Of a DNA stretch of 64,000 bases, positions 52,001 to 61,457 are shown piece by piece. The DNA is from Balanoglossus misakiensis. Its lineage: Eukaryota > Animalia > Hemichordata. Location of the stretch: the NCBI GenBank assembly GCA_040954595.2, contig CM082576.2, forward strand, positions 13,829,129 to 13,893,128. The letters are read 5' to 3'. Below the pieces are notes generated by a model. That model saw only the letters and a program-made list of their open reading frames with translations, made no database searches and had not been told where the DNA came from. Position 1 is the first letter of the stretch. Each line of letters opens with the position of its first letter. The position numbers were made by a program, and so were the translations under genes.

Positions 52001-55000
52001 TTGTAAATATACTTATATTCATCTTCAGTGTGAATTAACATTAATTGAGTCATTTGTCTCTTCTATAATGAAAAATGTTGCAAGGCTGGTTGTCATAGTG
52101 ATATTACACTCTCGTGTATTAAGATGCTATATAGAAAAGTTATGTGTATCGTCATTATTATTATAAACTTTATTTCGGTCTTAAACGTCCATATCAGTGT
52201 AATGAAAAAATTGTTACAGAAACTTTGAAAAACTAGCTGTCTTATTTCACATTTGTTGACAAGAAAATAAACCATTCACAGTAAAAAAACTATTTGTATT
52301 AGAACTGTTCATAAAAAATGGAGCAGACAACCGTTATTATCACATGTATGTGTCAGAAATCAGAAAATAAACTTGTTGTCTTCTGTATGTAGGATAAGAT
52401 TGAAGAGAGAGACAAAGAGAGGGAGAGAATGCTTGCTTATCAGTCTCAGCTGCGACAAGTTGAAGACTGGGTCAGCGCGGCCCTCAAAGATTACGAAGGC
52501 TTGGTTAGCTTTGAAGATGCAGATCAAAACATTGGTGACATCGATGAATGCATCAAAGTCAACAAGGTATGAGTTACTTTTGTTTGCATCTCAGTACAAT
52601 ACATTGTTTGACTTTGATGATGCTATGGATGCTATTTCAAATTCTATTTGCGGCCCCGTGATGCAATGCATCGGTGAAATTGACATGGTACACATGCATT
52701 TGTACAGGGAGGTGTTCAAAGTTCAAGCAACTTGTTTGAGTATAGATGGCAATAATTTCGAAATAGAAACAACTGTTTGTGATGTTGTAAGTGTGAATGC
52801 AAGAAATTAATCCCACGAATATAAATTAATCTTATAACCCCAATGCAGTACACCAAATTGTCCTTACTGTTAATTTTGTGTAAAAAAAACATTTGATGTG
52901 ATATGATGTGATGTGATGTTTCATGATGTGCATTATACTTACGTGGCCTAATTTACATTTTTATGAAAAAAACTTATTAGTGACAAATGATGTTTTTTTT
53001 CCTCGCAACACACAGGCATTGCAAAAGGGCTTGGGCGAGAAATTACAGAAAATCAATGAACTCGTCTCCAATCTGTCCTACGAACCAAGCGACAAGGCGG
53101 ACACGGTCCATGCACAGGCGGAATTGCTGGGGGCTCGGATGGACGGACTCCGAGATGAGCTGAGCGACAACGAGGAGACCCTGCAGGCGATGAGGAGGAG
53201 AGCGAAGATCGCCAGGGAGTATCAAGACGACGTGCAGAAACTCCAGAATTGGATGAGCGCCCCCGGATCCGCCCCCTTCATCACTGTCACTCCCGAACCG
53301 AGTCCTGAAATTCTGCGACAACAGGAGCTCAACAGACAGGTATAGATAACAATTTCTCTCATTGTGTGAGAAACAAATTGGATGTCATAACAAAAGTTAC
53401 AGTTTGAGAGCCGAAAAATATGTAAGTTCAGTTTTGTGTGGAATATAATGCAAAAGAAAAGGTATGACTCTAAAATATGTGTTAGCTCAATGGTGTTATC
53501 GAGTTCAGTGTCAAGGCTATCAAAGAACATATTATCACATGACCAGCAATGGTGTCGAACCACGAGTTGCCGTTTCTTGCTTGTATTTGAATTGTGGAAT
53601 TTGGCATTAGAGTTTACATTATCGAGAAAAGAGTCTGTGGTGGATTGACTGTACAGCGTCTGCCTAAGTTTAGCTGTCTCTGAGGTTACAAATGATGGAG
53701 TGAAGAGTTCAGAGGTCGTAGTATGAATTCACACTGGCCGTTCCACTGGGTTTTTGTGTCTACGTCCATGTCTGTTACAACACAAGTCACGTTATGGCTT
53801 CATTAGAATGCGTCCGAGATACAACAGACTTCATTATAACTACCCGACTGAAATCTTAATGTCATAGATGAGGTTTTCAGTGTGTAATGTTGTTTATCTT
53901 TCCGTGACAATTTCTTTTGTCCGAGATGGCATCCGTAAAGTCTACTTCCTGTGATAAATCCAAAGGCAGGTGTGCAAGGGGTCATTTTCCTGTTTGTCTG
54001 AAAACAGTGGAGTATGTGCCGTGAATATTTTAGTCTAAAAACAGTCAACCTATGATCTCGCTCAACTATCTATGATTAAATGATAAACTTACACAAGGAG
54101 ACAGTCAGCAAATGACATACTGTAAGACCATTTTTATTCTCATAAACAAAGTCATGGTTTTGAAATTGAGCTATTTGAAAGAGCCATGAACAGAAAAAAG
54201 AAAGTTACCACACATTCCTAGACAAAACTTTCATTGTTTATAAAAGTAGATTTATTCTATTTCAAGATCAGATTAGATTCGACCACATTCACACTCGCTT
54301 TTCCCTTTCTTCTTGAAGAGCTCATCTGTTTATTGAGTTGAATGAATTCATAGCTTCATTGTACGTGATTGAACAGTTCTGAAAGGAATTAGGTACAAAT
54401 CTGTATTTGTGCAGTTACAAAAATGTTAAGCCAGCTTAATCTGGTCTCTTTGGTAAAAAATCCTGCCAAAAAGATTCTTTGAAATCCAGTACATCTTGAC
54501 TTCACAATCAAAGTAATCAATCATGCAAACTGGTAGGATTGCAAAATACAATGCAGTGTGAAATACCCTCAGGAAAAACGTTTTGACACATTCTCTGTTA
54601 TCTTGCTTCTATTATTCAATTTGGGATATTTTGTTGTCCAATGATCATCTTTTCACTGGGCTTCCATTGATATTTGAAGACCAGAACTTCTCCACAAAAC
54701 TGTTTGTATAGACTGCAGAATAATCGCAAGGAGAAAATACCATGTCAACATATGCATAACACTTCTACCTTTAATATTTGGATTTTCTTGTGATGTAAAA
54801 TAGCATCTGACAACTGCCAAGTAAAAAATAATCCCCAGGGTCATTTCATAAGCATTTTTGTCTGTCATTACTCATCACAAGATATGGAGATTACAAGGAA
54901 ACGGATCAAATAAGAATTGATGACAACTTCCTGCAGCATTAATTGATGCGGTCTAGAAGACTGACATCGCAAATTTTGAATGTAGACGTTTGACAGAAAT

Positions 55001-58000
55001 CAAATTTGAAATATGTACGATTGTGTGCCTGTTGGAGTTGAAACTATCATGCAGTTCATTTCCATCAAACCTCTTCCCTGTCTGGGCAGATGTGTCAAAT
55101 TCTGTATGAGATCACTAATAAATGTTGTTTGTGTCACACTCAACGGCTAACCTAGGGGGTACAAAGTCTATTCACACGTGCTGTAAAGGTGTAACAAAGG
55201 GCCGTCAGCCAACCAATGGAGATTAAGTGCGTTGTAACCCTCATTTGCATATATTTTCAATAGTGACTGGCATTCATCCCAGTGCGGTAAAAGCAAAGCC
55301 TCTATACGTACTTGGCAGAGCTCAGTACCTTAGGATTACACAGCACATGTAGGACAGGCGACTTCTCTCGTGATCTTTTCCTCTTGGTCTCTGCTACTCT
55401 CGCTTTATTCTTGCCAGATCGTGAGCGACTGCCGCGGTTTAAAATTGGATATTGCACGTTTTTGTCTCGCGGCGATGTATTCTCTGTTACTTTTCTCAAT
55501 GGATCTTGTTGTGTGTACGCTACAAGTCTGATGGCTGTCTCCGTTCTCACCTCTGACTACATGCATGTTTTGCACCGTTCAAAGGATTGTTACTCTGTTC
55601 CCGATTCAAGTTCGTGTTCGCGTAGGTGATGATGGCCTTTCGCTCGCCGAAGCGCATGAAGCTATTCCACAATGAGAGAGTAAGCACTGAGTTTTTGTAA
55701 CTACGTGTTTCCATTTTGGAAAAAAAAATCATATGTATCATATTACAACATACCTGTGTAACCAGGACTGGGGGAGAGGGGGGGGGGGTGCAGTGTAAAC
55801 TAGCCATGACACGGGTTTTGTACCAAGGTATGGACCTTGTATAGTAGTCAGTGAGTATAACCTGACCTACAAATGAACGTCTGACATGAACATAATCTAT
55901 GAACATACATGTAGACGGATAGTTTCAATATCACAGTTGTATTGACTAAATCAGAAAACACAATTTCTTTGGTCACCCTTACTTTAGAGATGGATTGAGA
56001 CTTTTTTGTGGGAATTTTGCGTTTCTGGGCAATGTAAGCCACCTATTCTTTTAATTTAAGTACGGCATTGTGTGTATATGTTTACATAACAAGAAACAAT
56101 TTCATGATCTCATGTTTTTCCACTTTTTGAGGCGCACTCGTTGAAATGGTGACGTTGTAACTGGATATTTTGAATGAACCTGATAACTGTATACATCAGT
56201 GTAACATTTGCTGTGAGTGATTTGAGTGCAAGCATTGTATGGATTTGTGAATTACTTTTGTTCTCAGAGAGCTGGCTGACATTGATCACCATGTGGTTTC
56301 TGCTAACTACACAGCATACAGTCTAGTATTATCCCTCCACGAACATGAAAATTCATAATTGTCAGTTAATGGTCAGTCCTAGTTCATGGTAGTTATCCTA
56401 AAAAAATAATTTTGTGATTTTTTTTTTCTTATTAACTTTCTGGTCATAATAACACCAAGTCAAGTTCAGCTCATAACTTTAAAGTTTTATGTTTCTCCTT
56501 AAAAGACCTGCCTGTTTTCGGGGAGGGGGGTGTTGTTCTTTTAGGGGTGGGGACCGAAATATTACTGTTGAAGGGTGTGAACAGAAATACTGCTTCACTG
56601 TGTGTTTATTTTCTTCTAGTCAGGTGATAGCTGTATTGACTATATGCCACAGTCAATAGCCATGTTTGGAGGTGTAAAAGGTATTTGTGTAAAATCAAAC
56701 ATTTGCAAAAGATTAGATTATATTGAATGTTGATTGACAACTCAGGTCAAATACAGACAAGTAAACAGCAAAAGGAAGTCCTACAAATGCAATGTAGGGG
56801 ATTCCCAGTACCTGACCAACCTTGTTATTTCACAGAAAGCATAACAGGAAAAAACATCATTGTGTTTGAACTTGCAGTGGTCTTTTCTGAAGTGTGTGAC
56901 CAGTGTTCTACTTCAGGAATTACTAAATATATTATTGGTTGATTTTAAATTACAAATTGAAAGTAATTAATTGCTATCATAGTGGTATCTACCATACTGG
57001 TAATGCCGGTAAGTTTAGATTGATAAATTTATGTTCAGAAAGAGAAAAAAATGTTTCTATGAGGCATAAATGTACGTATACAGGTACTTAGTTAGAGTGG
57101 GTGTACTTTTTTATGTGTGTATAGATCATAACAAATTGATATTCAGTTTACCTAGCCATCATCTGGTATACACATTTCAACTGCATGTCAACTTCAGTTA
57201 CGTAAGAGTCACAAAATGTTACCAGGAGTGGTGTAAAAAGTGTGTTTGATGAATTTATCTGTTAAGGAATGAGACAATGGATGTTGTTTCCACAGAGTGG
57301 ACCAAACTCACTGGACAGATATGGATCTAATGACCCGACAACCTTTGATTTGGGGATGGAAAAGATTTTGAACTGTTTAGTTATGTACATTTGTGTACAT
57401 TGTTGATCGGTCTATGGTTATTTGCACAGAAACGTCAGATATTGATATTGCAGATTTACGGCCGTATGTTGCCCTGTACATGAAAGCAGGATCGATCTGC
57501 CGAATCAGGATCTCGAACTGAAGGGAGCGCAAAGGACTGTAAAATTGTCCACCACTGTTTCGTCTTGTTTTCCCCCACACGCAAATATTGTTCAATCATC
57601 CAGTATTGAATTGCATAGTCTGCAATCTTAGCCACCCCACACGCATGAAACGATTACTCTTCTGTATTGTTAGCTGGACATTGCAATGTATGCCTGGTGG
57701 AGTCCCTAGGTAAACATACGCAACAAAAAGTTTCTCAATCCAAAGAAAACATTTACACATAGTGTCATACATGTACTGGTGGACCAGAAGCATTTGTGGC
57801 CCATTCTTGACAAATCAGATCTTTCAGCGAAGTGCAATTTCTATCCAAATTTTTTTAAAAACATTGATTAGTTTATTCTTGTATATATGTGTGTAACCAC
57901 ACGCTTTGTACTCAAGTACATAGAAGCAACATTTATACACCCTGGTTGGCCTAGGAATTTACCTTGACACGTTGACGTTCCACGGGCAACTTTAAAATCA

Positions 58001-61000
58001 CCGTGGTAGCCAGTTCGTTGTTCTCTTGCCGCCAATTTGGTGGAATTTCAATGGAGAAAAAAAATGAGTCTTTTTATTGATCTGTTGTTCGTTGAAAAAC
58101 ATCAAGCTTCACTGCTCAGCACTGCCCCAGATGTATCGAATCGTCTGTGCCCCTCCATCATAACCACAGTGTAAGATGGTGATACTGATCAATACATTGA
58201 TTTTGCATGTCTGTCAGTTTTCTGCGGCTCAGTTACAAGTAGACACCATAAATCTGAAGTATTTGCCTTTTATTAGCAGTCTTCTCAGGATCCACACTCA
58301 AATAATTGACATAACGATCGGATTTCTAAAAATAATGCTGGCGTAGGTGTAAACAACATATAACAATAAGTTATGATGATGTTATCTTTTATTTCTGTAT
58401 TACATATGGGATTTAGTGTGACAGACATGTACCTAGGTACATGGCATTTGCTGTTTATTGCTCAGTTTTGAGAGGAATCCCTCAAAAGGCAGGGAAAGCC
58501 CACCATAAACATAGCAATTTTTTCCCCGTCTCAGAGTGTCTGGAACATTGGTACGCATCTCTGTCCCGAGTTTGAACGCCATCGATCACTAAAGGGGCGG
58601 TCGCACACATTGTATTGTCACTGCGTGGAAGGCCAGCAATAATAGGACCTGACCATCTGCCAAAATGCGGGACTGGGTGAAATGAAAGTGCACACACACA
58701 CATAAAAGGAGGGCATGGTTTCTTTTGAGAACAATGCATTGTTAGTTTTTATCAAGAAGACAAAAGCTGTTCTGTGGTTGTGTAGAGGCAAGGATATGAA
58801 AACTGCACCCATGGGCATTTGGCTTTTTATCGGAGACCCTGGTGCGCTGTGCTTTTTATAAAAGTGTCGTTCACATTGGTAAAATCAAACGTAAGACCCA
58901 GTACAGACTGAAATGGCCTTCATTTTAAATGATTTCATCTGGTCCATGTTCACACTTACAGGGCCAGCAAATTTTTTTTTTCTGCCAGGAATAATCAGTT
59001 TAACTCAAACTGGGGTCAAGGCCAGTGTTTAAAAATTGTCAACACTACCATTTTAGTCTTGCCTAAATTATGGACCAGACCTAACCCTGTCCTTCATACC
59101 TGGACTATAACTACCGGTACATGTAATCCAGCTCAGGTCCAACATAGCATGTCAACATGGGTTGCAACTAAAGCTGACACCTGTTAGGGCCGGCGTAAAC
59201 TTCTGATGTGAACTCGGAGGACATTCATCAGATTCCCTGTTGTTGTCAAAACATCTCAGCCATGATTTGAGGACGCAAAACAAGTTTACAATCACTGTTA
59301 CATCAATAAATACATAACACAAGACAATTTTGATGTCGCGTCATGTTTGAGATCATTGGAAACACCACACTTACAACATATTGGACTACTTGCATCCATT
59401 TATACAGTATGTGTACTGGTTTTATCCCTTGGAAACGAGGAATTAATCAAAAATGCTGTTTGTAGGCTGTCACTGGAATGTCATTTTTACAGAGATTGGT
59501 TCAAAGGTTCAGATATTTCTTGATGGAACCATTTCCTTATTTGCTCATGTTTCACTGAAAATGCCAAATTGTAATGGGCACACATAAATATTGTATGGTT
59601 TCTGTCACCAACATGTGTGTACAATGTACCTCAGCAAGGTGGTTGATTAGTACAGGTTATGATGAACGGGAACAAAAGACATCTAGTGTTGTTGTTGAAT
59701 CATATCCAAAAAAATTTTTTGTTGTAAATTTTAAATAATTGGACATGATAATGATGGTTATGGTCTTCCATGCAAAAGTTAAGGTTTCCAAGTATCAGAT
59801 GATGATTCATCTGATATAATTATGTAAACACTAGTCCCCAGAAAGAAACATGCATGTTCATCACTTTTTTCCCAGTATCAATTCATAGAAATGTTACCTT
59901 TAGTAAAAATGAGCTTATGTTATCACTCAATACTTTGCAATATGTAGTGTGGTATATTGAGTGATTAACCACACGTACCCGTCTGAGTGTTTTCCCCTTC
60001 ACAGTTAACTGAATGAAAATACCTGAACTGGCATGTTTTCAGGGTGACTGCACCCTTCTCACTCTCTGGATCACAGTTTGTTGACTGAAAAGTGCATTTG
60101 CAAAGATTTGGGTACCCTTGAACCTAGCTTATTAAAACCCTTGACCAGGTTTGTTGTTCTCCCCTGCTGGAAACTGCGTGTGTGCTTCATTTGATTGTTT
60201 GATAGTCCATCACCAATCATGCCCCAGGTCTTTGTAAGGAGACGATTGTATCAAGGAGGTCCACACTGCAGTCATTCTAGTTATAAGAATAACACGCAAA
60301 TGTCTAATCGGTGAAAAACTTCAAAAGAATATACCCGCATGGGTTAAAGTGTGTACCCAATTACCTTGCCGTTCAACAATGCATGCTCATGGGAAAAAAT
60401 GGTAGAATGTAGTCTTGTGTCTGCAAAGTATATCATCCTGATTATTTTAGACACTGTTACCCACCCCTGAACCTTTCCGAATATCTGGATTAAGTTCACA
60501 GCTTGTAAAAAGGGTCTTTTGTGTGCCACAATCAATGGGACCCCATATCCCGAAAATCGATGACCCAATAGTTTATAGACTTCAGGCAAACAGCCCCTGG
60601 GCACAACATGTTTAATAATGCATAGGGCCAGACAGAAAAGAGTGGTTTGGCATTGTGGTTGGTTATTGGCGGATTAGGTTTCGTGAAGAAAATGCCTGCA
60701 CTCAGGTGTGTTGTCATTAATTAGCACACAATGGTTGATGGTGCCCTGCATTGTTTGGGAGTTAAAGTGATTATTTTTAGCATTTATGAGGGTTTTTTTT
60801 CAGCAGGTGGGATGTAAATAATTGGACAATTACAATTATTACATCATGGAGAACAAAAACAATCCAGGATACACTACATACATCTACTAGTTCAAGTTTT
60901 TCCCAGTTTATGACTTTTGTACGACATGTATGAAGCAACAGTCTGGATTTTTCAAATTTAAATATTATAAAATTGACATTTCCCCGTTTATTTGACAGAT

Positions 61001-61457
61001 TTCTATTAAATATTGAAACACTCTGTTTGTAAAGAATAATTGTAATTTGTACAACACCACACATAAGGACTGTCACATAAAAATGTTGCTAAAAATATTG
61101 AATCAGATTTGATATCCAAGATGGCCGCTTTTCAGTGAAGCAGACTACATTGATATCATTATATATGCATGACACTTAATACACTCATTCCATATTCAGA
61201 TCAAGTCGCCTCCGATGTTAATATTCATGGTATATTTTCCCTTTCCCGTTTCCACTCAGAAACTGGAAGAAGAGCTGTCCGCGCACCAAGCTCTCCTGAA
61301 ATCCGTGGCTATCCGTGGACAGAAGATCATCAGCCGCAAGCGAGATGGTGAGGAGGGCTCCGAGGGAGATCTGAAGTCGAATTGGGAAGAGCTCTCCAAT
61401 CAGATCGCGGAGAGAAAACAGCAGCTCGAAGCCTCCCTGCAACAGAGCAGACCACAG
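306..61457 (+). CDS. SYNE1: Giant spectrin-repeat protein, nesprin-1/Msp300-like (partial; 40 exons in window, gene extends beyond both ends)
   Basis: Chain of AG..GT-bounded exons joining in one open frame; helical spectrin-repeat pattern (W at helix A, 'PELKxELxEKKxQLxKY' motifs typical of nesprin-1/Msp300). CH and KASH domains are not in the window, so orthology is inferred. Confidence 0.7.
721..1047 (+). CDS. exon 2 (327 nt)
   Basis: tatcag|GAGCTG ... TATCAG|gtgaga; ...PELKTELGEKKAQLDKYQ. Confidence 0.9.
1194..1346 (+). CDS. exon 3 (153 nt)
   Basis: atgcag|ACCCTC ... ATCAAG|gtgaga. Confidence 0.9.
1666..1830 (+). CDS. exon 4 (165 nt)
   Basis: tttcag|GAACTA ... CTGCAG|gttggt. Confidence 0.9.
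2176..2502 (+). CDS. exon 5 (327 nt)
   Basis: ctgcag|GAGCTT ... TACAAA|gtaagt. Confidence 0.9.
2895..3050 (+). CDS. exon 6 (156 nt; not in ORF track)
   Basis: tgacag|GCAATG ... GCTCAG|gtatga; AMQDEIVSRDGDIQQANERAQ... Confidence 0.85.
4061..4160. repeat. (ATTG/GTTG)n tetranucleotide microsatellite
   Basis: attgattgattg... interrupted by ggttggtt. Confidence 0.9.
4425..4589 (+). CDS. exon 7 (165 nt)
   Basis: tgtcag|GATGTG ... GTTCAG|gtgggg. Confidence 0.9.
5004..5330 (+). CDS. exon 8 (327 nt)
   Basis: atccag|GCACTG ... TACAAG|gtaaag. Confidence 0.9.
5386..5508 (+). repeat. Degenerate 75-nt copy of exon 8 sequence flanked by 24-nt direct repeats
   Basis: 5410-5484 resembles 5023-5097; flanks GATTAAGAGAGGAA[T/C]TTTTTATGA at 5386-5409 and 5485-5508. 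Confidence 0.85.
5697..5852 (+). CDS. exon 9 (156 nt; not in ORF track)
   Basis: acacag|GCTGTC ... GCCCAG|gtgtgt; AVYDDVVRHQDTVDDLKLKS... Confidence 0.85.
6060..6230. mobile_element. MITE family A copy 1 (TA-flanked, TIR CTGTAAAAC)
   Basis: TACTGTAAAACACT...AGTGTTTTACAGTA; internal similarity to 35237 and 50506 copies. Confidence 0.8.
6319..6486 (+). CDS. exon 10 (168 nt)
   Basis: ctgcag|GAGCTG ... CACCAG|gtttgg. Confidence 0.85.
7218..7547 (+). CDS. exon 11 (330 nt)
   Basis: ccccag|GGCTTG ... CATCAG|gtaatg. Confidence 0.9.
7799..7948 (+). CDS. exon 12 (150 nt)
   Basis: acgtag|GGCATG ... GGAAAG|gtgagt. Confidence 0.85.
8310..8486 (+). CDS. exon 13 (177 nt)
   Basis: ttgcag|GTTGAC ... GTACAG|gtaatt. 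Confidence 0.9.
9117..9413 (+). CDS. exon 14 (297 nt)
   Basis: ttgtag|GACCTT ... TTAAAG|gtgaga. Confidence 0.85.
9420..9930. repeat. Degenerate (GATG)n-rich low-complexity tract
   Basis: Scattered ggatggatgg and gacagaca runs. Confidence 0.6.
12886..12903 (-). promoter_or_regulatory. CTCF-like motif
   Basis: Reverse complement GTGTCACTAGAGGGCAGT resembles the CTCF core CCACNAGRKGGCRS. Confidence 0.35.
13917..13997 (+). CDS. Candidate alternative first coding exon: MGAESSKESSSHKHHHKSRKFHFKRKK (myristoylation plus polybasic)
   Basis: ATG at 13917, 27 open codons, AAA|GTAAGT donor in phase 0, in frame with exon 15 at 19115. Confidence 0.6.
15196..15307. repeat. (TATTG)n pentanucleotide microsatellite, degenerate
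   Basis: attgtattgtattgt... Confidence 0.85.
16854..16863 (+). promoter_or_regulatory. TATA-like box upstream of candidate alternative first exon
   Basis: TATTTAAATA about 130 nt upstream of the Kozak ATG at 16990. Confidence 0.35.
16990..17409 (+). CDS. Candidate alternative first coding exon (140 aa; basic NLS-like KKKSPSKRRRDSKR then acidic tract); alternatively a nested single-exon ORF to 17478
   Basis: Strong Kozak GCGACCATGG, GC3-rich coding-like island, GAA|GTGAGT donor in phase 0 after which the sequence is AT-rich; in frame with exon 15. Confidence 0.7.
19115..19233 (+). CDS. exon 15 (119 nt, phase 0-2; not in ORF track in this frame)
   Basis: gaacag|CGGCTG ... CTCAG|gtaaga; RLSGDLSSRKESLDSLHSAGDNVC...; bridges phase 0 (9413) to phase 2 (20461). 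Confidence 0.85.
20461..20668 (+). CDS. exon 16 (208 nt, phase 2-0)
   Basis: ttgcag|ACAAGT ... CACACT|gtaagt. Confidence 0.9.
21881..22207 (+). CDS. exon 17 (327 nt)
   Basis: ttttag|GCGCTG ... ATACAG|gtaaat. Confidence 0.9.
22905..23025 (+). CDS. exon 18 (121 nt, phase 0-1)
   Basis: aaccag|GTACTG ... TGCAAG|gtagga. Confidence 0.85.
24132..24337 (+). CDS. exon 19 (206 nt, phase 1-0)
   Basis: ccccag|ATCTGC ... CATCAG|gtaaat; LQYRFEKLNRTCQEKQ... Confidence 0.85.
24600..24742 (+). CDS. exon 20 (143 nt, phase 0-2)
   Basis: ctccag|TCTATG ... TAAAAG|gtaata. Confidence 0.85.
25849..26035 (+). CDS. exon 21 (187 nt, phase 2-0)
   Basis: atttag|GGTCGC ... TATCAT|gtgagt. Confidence 0.85.
26406..26711 (+). 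CDS. exon 22 (306 nt)
   Basis: tgttag|GACCTG ... TACCAG|gtgggt. Confidence 0.9.
27963..28289 (+). CDS. exon 23 (327 nt)
   Basis: tttaag|GTGATG ... CACATG|gtaggt. Confidence 0.85.
29152..29475 (+). CDS. exon 24 (324 nt)
   Basis: tttcag|GCATTT ... CACAAG|gtgggt. Confidence 0.9.
29491..29841. mobile_element. Palindromic (foldback) MITE with TTAA target site, Kolobok/T2-like termini
   Basis: TTAAAGGGG...CCCTTTAA; arms are long imperfect inverted repeats (e.g. TTCCATTAATTATGTTTGATACAAGACACCGTTTAT / ATAAACGGTGTCTTGTATCAAACATAATTAATGGAA). Confidence 0.85.
30500..30820 (+). CDS. exon 25 (321 nt)
   Basis: ttccag|GCGTTC ... CACAAG|gtatat. Confidence 0.9.
31197..31523 (+). CDS. exon 26 (327 nt; GC donor)
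   Basis: ccatag|CACTTT ... GCACAG|gcaatt; size matches the recurrent 327-nt exon class. Confidence 0.8.
32650..32828 (+). CDS. exon 27 (179 nt, phase 0-2)
   Basis: ctctag|GTTGCT ... TGAGGA|gtaagt. Confidence 0.85.
32915..33087. mobile_element. MITE family B copy 1 (Tc1/mariner-pogo-like, TA TSD, TIR CAGTCAAACC)
   Basis: TA[T]AGTCAAACC...GGTTTGACTGTA; similar along its length to 36226-36408. Confidence 0.8.
33307..33493 (+). CDS. exon 28 (187 nt, phase 2-0)
   Basis: cctcag|AATGCA ... AAAAAG|gtaaga. Confidence 0.85.
33878..34186 (+). CDS. exon 29 (309 nt)
   Basis: taccag|CAATTG ... CACAAG|gtaagt. Confidence 0.9.
34549..34875 (+). CDS. exon 30 (327 nt)
   Basis: tgacag|GAGGTC ... CATCAG|gtgagc. 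Confidence 0.9.
35237..35448. mobile_element. MITE family A copy 2
   Basis: TACTGTAAAACA...TGTTTTACAGTA, rich in TCGCG/CGCGAA motifs. Confidence 0.85.
35657..35965 (+). CDS. exon 31 (309 nt)
   Basis: tgccag|GCTGTG ... CACAAA|gtaagc. Confidence 0.9.
36226..36408. mobile_element. MITE family B copy 2
   Basis: TACAGTCAAACCTGT...ACAGGTTAGACTGTA. Confidence 0.85.
36463..36648 (+). CDS. exon 32 (186 nt)
   Basis: tgacag|CAACTG ... AAACAG|gtaaat. Confidence 0.9.
37330..37413. repeat. (GTTT)n microsatellite
   Basis: gtttgtttgttt... Confidence 0.9.
37781..37906 (+). CDS. exon 33 (126 nt)
   Basis: ccacag|GATGAG ... CATGAT|gtatgt. Confidence 0.85.
38861..50207 (+). CDS. exon 34: giant 11,347-nt exon (phase 0-1) encoding an acidic, low-complexity region with two tandem arrays
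   Basis: TACTAAT branch-like motif, ttgtag|GCCCTG; uninterrupted frame (contains ORF 38993-50230); ATTCCAG|gtaaga in phase 1 matching the acceptor at 50799. Confidence 0.85.
39593..40396 (+). repeat. Coding minisatellite: 63-bp/21-aa unit IPEGMTAEEWRQHPSYVQQGV, about 13 copies (last partial)
   Basis: Near-identical 63-bp periodicity read directly. Confidence 0.95.
44180..48421 (+). repeat. Coding tandem array: 156-bp/52-aa unit GRDRPDVKEAEKVELTKAEGVRAEFRVDEMAVDKDQFAPEVKDMSEEDLLSM, about 27 copies
   Basis: GGAAGAGAC anchors at 44189, 44357 and then every 156 bp to 48413. Confidence 0.95.
50506..50713. mobile_element. MITE family A copy 3
   Basis: TACTGTAAAACG...CGTTTTACAGTA; shared internal AAAGTCGCGT and GATGCAGT blocks. 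Confidence 0.85.
50799..51130 (+). CDS. exon 35 (332 nt, phase 1-0)
   Basis: ccacag|AGACTC ... AGCCAG|gtatgt; ends ...GEKIVKLQQAFDALRSQ, resuming the spectrin helix. Confidence 0.85.
51403..51561 (+). CDS. exon 36 (159 nt)
   Basis: ttgcag|ATGGGT ... GTGCAA|gtaagt. Confidence 0.9.
51637..51655 (+). promoter_or_regulatory. CTCF-like motif
   Basis: TCGCCAGTAGAGGGCGCTG, close to the canonical CTCF core. Confidence 0.5.
51781..51963 (+). CDS. exon 37 (183 nt)
   Basis: tttcag|GAGCTT ... ATCAGT|gtaagt. Confidence 0.9.
52393..52566 (+). CDS. exon 38 (174 nt; different frame from listed ORF)
   Basis: atgtag|GATAAG ... AACAAG|gtatga; DKIEERDKERERMLAYQSQLRQVEDWV... Confidence 0.85.
53016..53339 (+). 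CDS. exon 39 (324 nt)
   Basis: acacag|GCATTG ... AGACAG|gtatag. Confidence 0.9.
55213..55250 (+). promoter_or_regulatory. CCAAT box plus octamer (ATTTGCAT), candidate internal promoter
   Basis: CCAAT 55213-55217 and ATTTGCAT 55243-55250, followed by a relatively CpG-rich stretch leading to the candidate first exon. Confidence 0.3.
55629..55679 (+). CDS. Candidate alternative first coding exon MMAFRSPKRMKLFHNER
   Basis: In-frame TAG just upstream, ATGATGG start, AGA|GTAAGC donor in phase 0, in frame with exon 40. Confidence 0.4.
61260..61457 (+). CDS. exon 40 (198 nt)
   Basis: actcag|AAACTG ... CCACAG|gtacgt; KLEEELSAHQALLKSV...NWEELSNQIAERKQQLE. Confidence 0.9.
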
